Assembly: GCA_024137785.1 (NCBI GenBank)
Contig: JAHRHZ010000019.1
Location: 1,024,155-1,069,314 of the forward strand
Length of the DNA: 45,160 nucleotides
Origin: Ginglymostoma cirratum
Taxonomy: Eukaryota
Reading direction: 5' to 3'
How positions within the stretch are numbered: position 1 is the first letter of the stretch; every line of letters begins with the position of its first letter. A program made the position numbers and the translations under genes. Below the pieces are notes generated by a model. It ran no database searches. It saw only the letters and a list, made by a program, of their open reading frames with translations, and was not told where the DNA came from. Shown piece after piece: positions 36,308-45,160 of this stretch.

Positions 36308-37423
36308 TATAAACAGGAGCGACAGGGATTCTCCAGGAGACTGAGTTGACAAACCAACAAAACACAAACCTGAATTGCTTTGACTGCCAGTGCCGCAGAA
36401 ACCTGACATCTTCCTGCCCGGCTCATGATCCTGTGAGTTTACTGAAGGTTTCAGTGTGGATAAGAATTCAGGATGGATACACCACAATCCCTGGTCACTT
36501 GTTAACATCATAGAATTCTCACGTCTCAGTTTGCTGGATCTATCTGTTGGAGGTTGGAATATAGACAAAGATAAACAAGATCTATGTTCAGGGCTCATTC
36601 CAGTTTAGAACAAAAACAGGATTTGCTGGAGAAAATCAGCAAGCCTGGCAGTATCTGAGGAGAGAGAAACCAAGTTGACATTTTGAGTCCAACATAACTT
36701 TTGACCATACTGGACTCAAAATATTGACTCGTTTCTCTGTCCAAAAATACTGTGCCAGGCCTGCCGAGTTTCTCTGCAGCTTTTGTTTCCAATTGTCAGC
36801 ATCCATCCTACTTTATTTGTAAATGATTGTAGTTTGCTGTGTTCTGTGTAATATTACAATGCAACATGTATATCACTTCAGGAAGCTGAGCAAAGAAATG
36901 GTGACACCAAATAAAGTACGATGGATGCTGGCAATTGGAAACAAAAGCTGCAGAGAAACTCGGCAGGCCTGGCATAGTATTTTTGGACAGAGAAACGAGT
37001 CAATATTTTGAGTCCAGTATGGTCAAAAGTTATGTTGGACTCAAAATGTCAACTTGGTTTCTCTCTCCTCAGATACTGCCTGGCTTGCTGATTTTCTCCA
37101 GCAAATCCTGTTTTTGTTCTAAACTGGAATGAGCCCTGAACATAGACCTTGTTTATCTTTGTCTATATTCCAACCTCCAACAGATAGATCCAGCAAACTG
37201 AGACGTGAGAATTCTATGATGTTAACCAGTGACCAGGGATTGTGGTGTATCCATCCTGAATTCTTGTCCACACTGAAACCTTCAGTAAACTCACAGGATC
37301 ATGAGCCGGGCAGGAAGATGTCAGGTTTCTGTGGCACTGGCAGTCAAAGCAATTCAGGTTTGTGTTTTGTTGGTTTGTCAACTCAGTCTCCTGGAGAATC
37401 CCTGTCGCACCTGTTTATATCTG
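36304..37423. repeat. ~515-bp inverted duplication (arms 36304-36819 and 36908-37423, ~88-bp spacer)
   Basis: Mirror ORFs MSPEHR.. and METKAAE.. on both strands; only about 9 substitutions by eye. Confidence 0.95.
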
Positions 37424-40400
37424 TCAGCCAAGACTTCTTGATTGGACCAGATTAACAGCCTATATATCCTACGGCTGATCATATTCCAATCATTACATCC
37501 CTCTCCTTGCAAGTCCTGTGATGCAGACCTATTCTTTTTTCTTAGCTTTTCCTGAATCATTTTTGCACCAGTTCCAGCTCCTCCTTCCCTGCCTCAGATA
37601 GTGGTGGTGTGCACTCGTCCGTAGCCCGTCTTGTGCAACCAGAGCGCCTTGGCCAAATCTCATCTTATTTAAGCAGTAACGGTGTCGAGGCTGCGACATC
37701 TGCTGTGTACATCTCGTCCTCAGAAATTTCTTGAAAGCTACGCGGAAAGGGAGAACCCATGGATTCTGACAGCTTTGTCGGATTTTCTGAGGGTCTGGAT
37801 ATATTTTGTTCCTGCCCCGTTTGTGAGGTTGCAGATTTCGTGTGGTCCATGTGCCTTTTCAGGACCACTTTACCTCCCTTAACTTTGTATGTCACAGGAT
37901 CTGACATTGTGTCAACCATGCCTCGTACCCATGCAGGGCCATTCCCATGGTTCGGCACTGAGCTTCATCTCCTGTAGTAAACTGCCTCTCTCGCTTAGAG
38001 GACTCTTTTGTCATATGCAGTTTCACTCTCCTCCCGAGGAGTCTCCTCGCCACCAACAACACTGTGGAGCTGTCCCTGAAGTTGCATGAGCATTGGTCCT
38101 ATATTCAAACAGGAACCGGGACAGTTCCGTAGCGAATGAAGGTATAAGCTATTTCTTTAAGGCTGCCTTCAAAGTTTGGACTGATCTTTTCACTGGACCG
38201 TTGAACAATGGATGGTATAGAGCTGTCCTTGCATGCCAAATGAATTCCCTGCTGGTAAATGATGGACCATTATCTGTGGCCAACACCTCTGCACATATTT
38301 TCATTATGCAAGAAATTCACAAATTTTCACTTGTTGTCCACCTGTTTGACAAATAAACTCTATGCACATCCAACCACTTTGACTGGGTGTCCAGAAAATG
38401 AATGAAAACACAGAGCTCATGAAAGGACTGGCGCGGCTGAAATGCAACCAAGTTCAGGACTTGCCTGGCTATTCCCACGAATGTTAGGGAGCTGCTGGCA
38501 GTCCGTTTTGTCCCTGTTGGCGTTCCAACTGCGGCTGTGTTGGCATCCAATCCTGGTCACCAGATGTGACTTCTTGCCAACAGCTTCATTTTGGAAACCC
38601 CTGAACGATCCTGGAAATGTTCAGCCAGTATCTCGTGGCGATCTTTGCTGGGGGCAATCGTTCTTGCAGCCCATAATTATATGCCATCCTCTACAGTGAT
38701 CAGGTCCTACCGGGTCCAGAAAGATTTCAATTCTGGTTGTGATGCCCCCTTTGTTTCTCAAAATGTTTCAGTTTTGCCAAGACGGGATCTTTTTGTGCCC
38801 ACGGTCTGTTATTATCAGGGGTGACTGGAAGGGTGTCCAGTATATTTACAACCAAAATGGAGTCTTCTAGTGGTGGCACCACTGGTGTTGTATCTGCCAG
38901 TGGGAGGCAGCTCAATGCACCCACATTTGCCACTTGGCCCTCTGGATGGTGTTCCAACTTGTCATTGTATGCATTTAGAATAAGGGCCCACTGCTGAATT
39001 TTACCTGAAGCTATGGGCAGCGCGGCAAAGTACGTTTTGTCCTTGTTGGTATTCCAGGCACTGGAATGGTAGGTCACTTGGACTGCCTGGAACACTCATT
39101 TTTTCTCCCTTGGAGAAATGTTTTAGCACCGTGTCCAAGTTCTCCAATTGCTTTTTACTGGTCTTCCTTTTTATTAGTGCATCATCCAGATAAATGGCAA
39201 TCTGGAACAAAAACAAAGTCGCTGGAAAAGCTCAGCAGGTCTGGCGGCATCTGTGGAGGAGAAAACAGAGTTAACGTTTCGGGTCCGGCGCCATTAATTT
39301 TGTTTTCTCCTCCACAGATGCCGCCAGACCTGCTGAGCCTTTTCAACAACTTTGTTTTTGTTCCTGATTTACAGCATCTGCAGTTTTTTTTGGTTTTTAA
39401 ATGGCAACCTGGGGTTGACCTTGTAAAATATTTTCCGTTGTTCGCTGCGAAATGACACAGGCTGATGATACCCCAAAAGACAGTCTAGTATATTGGTACA
39501 AACCCTTATGTTTGTTAATTGTAGCGTATCTTTGAGAACACTCATCTAATCACAACTGCAGGTATGCATTGCTTTTGTCCAGCTTCATGAAGGACAGATG
39601 CCCTGCCAGTTTTGCTTGCAATTCCTCTACGCGAGGGATTAGGTATTTATTCAGCTGTGAAAAACAGTTCACTGTTTGATTGAAAACCCCACTGAAGGGG
39701 TCCAAGGCACTTTTGGGGATTGGGGTTAGGACATGGTTAGGACTTAGTGAGGGGAGAACTTGTTTTTTTCTGCTGAAGATTGCGAAACTAAATACAGTGT
39801 TAAACTGTGACTGACCTTGCACAATTTGTAGGCAGCAACACCAGATAGAAGCTGTTGCAAAGGCGATTGTACAGCATGTGTCTTGGCGTGGCCTTGCTCT
39901 AATCTCTGAGTGATGATAAGAAGCCGCAGAACTTTGGAGTGGGGTTGTACGGCCGAAGTTTTTGTTATTGTAAGACTAGTATGTCGAACGCAAGTAATAG
40001 AATTGAAAGAGTTAATACAAGTAGTGTTAACACTGCAGTAACCGAAATAGCATGAATGTAGAATGTAGTGAAATAGTGAGTAAGAGATATACAAATGAAT
40101 ATATATATTTTTGAACAATAGGGAAAGAAGAGAAAATGGGAGAATGGATACAAGTGCCTGGATATTAATATGCTACCTTCTCCTTCTGAATAACAGGAAG
40201 TGCACCTGCTTTGCTGTATTTGGCAAAGACCAGTTCCACAATCACTGATATAACTCCACCAGTATCAATCTCCATTAGGACTTGGTGACCATTTAATCAG
40301 ACATTTATTTTGATTGATTCTAATTTGGCTGTCGTTAAGCAATTTAATTTTTCCAAACCAGCTGTAGGTGGACTTTCCAGGTATTCTCCTGGATCTGTGT

Positions 40401-41496
40401 CCTTTTACTCATTTCAGGTCTAGTTTCAGGTCCAGTCAGACTCTTTTGCTGTCTTGAGTCAACATATCAGCAGCAACTATAACGTCCTGCCAGCCCACAT
40501 CCTTGAGAAAATTTTAACCATTTGGCCGAAGCTTGGTTTTGTTTTGAGGTTTTCCTGTGGGCTGACCTAGACTTCCTCTGTTCAGGATATCTCCTGAGTT
40601 AAACTGTGCAATTGCCTTCGCTCACATGGCATTCCCCAAGCTCAGTCAGCCCAGCGAGGGTGTCTACCTCCATCAGCATACACTACAACTCATCTGCTCC
40701 ACTTGCTGCATTTTGTTTCAATGAAGCCAGTTGTAGTGCCTGTTTGAAGTCCAGTTGCGTTTCAGCTAGTTGGTGCTTTTTGCAGGGTTACATCATTTAT
40801 CCTACATACCAAGCGGTCTCTAAGTATCTCACTTAGGGTTAAACCATAATCACATTCCTCTGCTAGTTGTCTTACCCTCTCAAAAATTCTCTTATGTATT
40901 CCCTTGGTTCTCTAACTGTTGAGTAAACGCGATAGCATCTCAGAATCGGAGGAGACGTATGGTTGTAATATTCCTTAGCTAAATTCATCAACTCTTGAAA
41001 GGTTTTAGTATCTGGTACCTCAGACAAAGTTGTACTCCTAATAACCGAAAAAGCTGCAGGTCCACATACTGGCAGGCGAATTACTCATTTCTTTTCCCCT
41101 GCCCTAATGTAATTTTCCTGGAAAATTTAACACATTCTTTCCACACACTGGGCCCAGTCTTTGACGATTGGACTGAACAAGTCAATCTTCACAAATAATG
41201 GTATGCTGTGAGAAATGCTCACCCCAATTCAAGGATGACTGTCATGAGTGAGTCTCTGCAGGGGCATGTTTTCCTCTCATCGCCATTGTAATAACTCCAT
41301 GAAGGCCAGTATTCCATGACCAAGTCACCTATTGTTTATGTGCGTATAATACAAGACACTGACTCAGCTGGCACAGAGCCAGCATCGAGACCCCCTAACA
41401 CTCATGGCTGAAAGATATAAACAGGACTCCCTGAGTGGAACAGCTTAACAGTCCCAATCAGGGATCTCAGAGATCCACCTGGCTGACTTCATTACA
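37375..41496 (-). mobile_element. Decayed Gypsy LTR retrotransposon (Mag/K02A2.6-like; gag-PR-RT-RH-INT)
   Basis: 5' LTR 41287-41496 (TG..CA), PBS tggcgatgag (41276-41285), PR LNGHQVLMEIDTG (~40255-40295), RT YLIPRVEELQAKL..KLDKSNAYLQL and IYLDDAL, RH end IQQWALILNAY, INT remnants, PPT 37498-37508, 3' LTR from 37497. Confidence 0.85.
39206..39397. mobile_element. Fold-back Penelope-type mini-element (family C) in Gypsy RT, 15-bp TSD
   Basis: TSD taaatggcaa(t/c)ctgg at 39191-39205 and 39398-39412; inverted arms; GAAACGTT half-core on -. Confidence 0.8.
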
Positions 41497-41654
41497 ATCT
41501 CAAACACCATACAGCCTGTTTTCCCCACCATCTCTCTGGAAGGAAGTGAGCTGCTGAGGTGTGAGTTGCAGCTCTATGGTGAGTAATTTTAGCATTGCAG
41601 GCACAGTCCCAGCAGCAAAATGGTGTTCACATTGGGTTCATTCATATCCCAAAC

Positions 41655-41850
41655 AATAACACTATCTCCTACCAGAACCTCACGCCCAAATTAACCCTAT
41701 CTTGTATAGGAAGCATGTCCCTCACATTAACCTTATCTCATAAAACCATATCCTCCAGATTAGCTGTATCCTGAATGGGAGCCATGACCCCCAAGGCTAA
41801 CCCTATCTGTTATAGGAACCATATCTTCCACATCAACTGGACTGTTATAA
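41655..41850 (+). repeat. Degenerate ~35-bp minisatellite (5-6 units)
   Basis: attaaccctatc...aggaaccat..cc units starting at ~41655, 41690, 41726, 41759, 41796 and 41832. Confidence 0.7.
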
Positions 41851-41854
41851 GGCT

Positions 41855-42620
41855 ATAAGAAATAGGAACAGGACATTCATCCCTTGAACCTGTTGTATCA
41901 TTCAATAGAATTGTGACTGATCCAACATTCCTCAAGTCCACTTTTGCTACTCTTTCCCCATTAACCACGATTCTTCGACTGATTAAGTTTTTCTCTCTCT
42001 ATCTCAGCCTTAAATATACTCAAAGACTCTATTCCCACAAGTTCTACGGCAAGGACTTCCAAAGATTCAAAACCCTGTGAGAGAGGAAATTCCTCCTCAT
42101 CTCACTTTTAAATTGGTTGTCCCTTTATACTGAAACTATTGCCTCTGATCCTAGGCTCTCCCATGCGGTACTGAAAGCCTGCATTTTCAAATAAACCTGA
42201 TGGACTGTAATCCGGTGTCGGGTGATTTCTGAATTTGTCCTATGAGGGGAAGCATTCTTTCAGCCTTTGCCTTGTCAAGCCAATTAAAAATCCTGTATGT
42301 TTCAATGAGATCACCTCTTGTTCTTCTAAACTGTAGTGAGTAGAGCCTCAACCTGTTTAGTCTTTGCTTATATGATAATCTCTCCATACCAGGGATCATC
42401 CTGGTGAACCTTCTCTGAATTGCTTCTCATGAAATGCTATATTTTCTTTAATAATGGAACCAAAACTGCTCAGAGTACTGCAGATATGGCTTCACCTGCA
42501 ACTTGTAATGTTTTAGGACTTCCCTACTCTAATACTCCAACTCGCTTCAAAAAAAGGCCAACATTTCATTAGCCTTCCTGATGATCTACTGTCCCTGCGT
42601 GTTAACTTTCTGTGTTTTGT
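41855..42620 (-). mobile_element. CR1 LINE 3' fragment
   Basis: MIPGMERLSYKQRLNRLRLYSLQFRRTRGDLIETYRI plus 3' UTR. Confidence 0.85.
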
Positions 42621-43769
42621 GCACAAGGTCTCTCTTATAGGAAACATATCAAGGTGGCAACATCTGCAGGGCAGGAAGTGTCCGAGCTCTCAGCCTGTAC
42701 AGTCCTGCTCACTTGGTGGCCGCTATCTTCCTCGCTTTATTTTTTGTTTTGTTTCTTCATTTCTCTTTTGTATCAACATTCACCTTTTCTTCTTTTCTGT
42801 GACTATGGTGGAGGAAGTTGGTTGCGAGGGCCTGCAGCAGCAGCAGCAGGGTGTGAATCCAATGTCCTTTCCCTGTGGCCAGAAGGGCCATGGTTTTATC
42901 AAAGGCTTCATTGTCGATGGGTCTGGCCTGTTCCTCCTGGCAGTGGTTCCGCAGTTTCAGAGGTGACTATAGCCGTGGTGGCATGATGTTTCTGGTTCGT
43001 TCCTTGTGCCTATTGTGGCTTTGGGCGGTGACTGAAGTGGTGCTGGTTTGAGTGACGGCTTGAGTGATGGTGACTTGGTAGGACCAGTCTGTCCCTCCTC
43101 GTTATGTCAGTGATGCAGTGGCTTCCATTTGGCTTCAACGGTGGCAGCATGGTGGATTTGGTCTGGAAATTCTTGCTTTGGCAGCATCAGGGGCCACTCC
43201 ATAAACCCAGGAGCCACGGATGGAACAAAAGATATAAATAAATATATGAATATACATAAATCACACACCTATAGCACATCACCTTGTAAAGAATAATAAA
43301 AGAATAATGTAGTTGCATTACCCTATCTAAAGTTATCTCGGCCGGATTGCACATTTACAGCAGTCACATGTTGACATTGAAGGAAAAGTTGCTAGAATCC
43401 TACTGTCTCATTGGAGGGAGATATTTGGTTGTATTTCAGTCTGAGAGTTCCGCTTGATCCAAGACGGGACCTCCACGGTGACCTCAAACCAGCTCAGGAA
43501 CTAAATCCACATTGTTGGCATCTCTCTACATTATAAATCAGACATCCAAGCTACCGAATTGCCCAAAATGCTGCTCTTAAACATACAATGAGTTATACAG
43601 TAACCACATTCGACACGAGTCCACGGGGGCCACAGCACTCACCATCCTTCATCTGTGCTCTCAATAAAAATTTAATTTCTGTGGCAATTATTTGAAAGTC
43701 TTCAAATTATACAGCTGAAGAATTCATCTCCATTGAAATAGTTGTAAGTTTGCTATGACAGAACCCCTC

Positions 43770-44023
43770 CAGTGTGGAAGCAGGCCATTCAGCCCATCAA
43801 GTACACACCAACCCTTCAAAGAGCATTCCACCCAGAGCCAACACCCTCTGTTCAGTTTAGTATAGCTAATCCACCTAACCTACACATTTTTGGACTGTGG
43901 GAGGAAGCATGCACAAACACAGGGAGAATGTACAAACTCCATGGAGTCACCCAAGGCTGGAATTGAACTCAGGGCCCTGGTGTTGTGAGGTGATAGTGCT
44001 AACCACTGTACCACTGTGCCTCC
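43770..44023 (-). mobile_element. HE1-like V-SINE
   Basis: Reverse complement ggcacagtggtacagtggttagcact..gagttcaattccagcc..ggagtttgtacattctccc..cctcccacagtccaaa..ggttaggtggatt (tRNA head + V-domain). Confidence 0.85.
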
Positions 44024-44149
44024 ACAGGAATAGGAGTTGACCATTCAGCCCATTAAGCCCCTCCTAACCACATAATTCAGTCATGTCTGATCAAGCACTT
44101 CAACAGTTTTTACACTTAATATCTCTGTATTCCCTTACGATTTTCATTC

Positions 44150-45160
44150 ATTGGTGTGACATGGACATTTTTGTCTGGCCAATATTTGTTGCCCGTCTCT
44201 AGCTGTCATTTGAGAAGGTGGTGGTGAGTTGTCTTCTTGAACCGTTGCAATTCAAGTCCTGCAGATTGATCCACAATGCCCTCAGGGAGGAAATTCCATG
44301 ATTTGACCCAGTGACACTGAAGGGACAGTGTTATATTTCCAAGTCAGGATGGCGAAAGGAACTTGTAGGTGGCAGCATTCCCATGTATTTGATGCCCTTG
44401 CCCTTCTATATGGAAGTGGTCGTAGGTTTGGAAGGTGATGTCTAAGGATCTTTGCTGAATTTCTGCAATGCATCTTGTAGATAGTACACACTGTTGTTCC
44501 TGGACATTTGTGGTGGAGGGAGTAGACGCTAATGGATTTAGTGCCAATCAAGCAGGCTGCTTTGTCCTGCATGATGTTGAGCTTCTTGAGTGTTGTTGGA
44601 GCTGCACGCATCCAGGCAGTGGGGAATATTCCATCTCACTCCTGAATTGTGCCTTGTAGATGTTGGACAGGCTTTTGTGAGTGAGAAGGTGGTTACTCTT
44701 TTCACTATTCCTTGTATCTGACCAGCTGTTGTAGCCACTATGCATATGCAGTGAGTCCAGTTGATTTTCTGGTCAATGGTAACCCCCAGGATGTTAATAG
44801 ACGGGTGTTCAGATTTTGTAACGTCACTGAATGCTAAGGGGCCGTGGTTAGATTGTCTCTCAGCAGTGATGGTCATTGCCTGATATTTGTGTGGCTGTTA
44901 TTTGTCCGTGTCAGCCCAAGCCTGGATATTGTCCAGATCTTGTAGCATGTGAACATGGGCTGCTTCAGTGTCTGAGGAGTCACAAATGATGCTGAGCATT
45001 GCGCAATCATCGGCAAACATCCCCACTCCTGACTTTATGATGGAGGGAAGGTCAATAATGAAACAGCTGAAGATAGTTGTCCCGATGACACTACCTTGAG
45101 GAATTCCTGCAGGGATGTCCTGGAGCTGAGATGACTGACTTCCAACAACCACGACCACAT
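44150..45160 (-). mobile_element. CR1-group LINE RT/3' end (runs off window)
   Basis: GIPQGSVIGTTIFSCFIIDLP..GMFADDC; NILGVTIDQKINW; SNIYKAQFRSEMEYSP; tail shared with the SINE family. Confidence 0.9.

Noticed and set aside
36176-37455. Duplicated ORFs MSPEHR.. and METKAAE.. as a gene pair
   Set aside because: They are by-products of the inverted duplication and repeat sequence, with no protein motifs.

Overview
Vertebrate, TE-dense genomic DNA. The HE1-like V-SINE, CR1 and Penelope families point to a cartilaginous fish, probably a carpet shark (inference). No intact protein-coding gene is visible. The host content is a decayed minus-strand cluster of non-rearranging Ig-superfamily receptor genes. 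It includes two paralogous leader + germline-joined VJ exon units (154-611 and 11847-12303, both pseudogenised). It also includes a separate transmembrane exon plus small cytoplasmic exons with DYENM, LLYKSV and AMYSA tyrosine motifs (14.9-17.0 kb). The rest is nested retroelements: many CR1 LINEs (one long copy with an SGNH-esterase ORF1), an RTE fragment, tRNA-derived SINEs, Gmr1-type (INT-RT-RH) and Mag-like Gypsy elements, and many Penelope-like pieces. The Penelope pieces carry minimal hammerhead-ribozyme cores and often form fold-back palindromes with 11-15 bp target-site duplications (TSDs). One abuts a ~515 bp inverted duplication of neighbouring DNA. Repeat boundaries were read by eye and are approximate.
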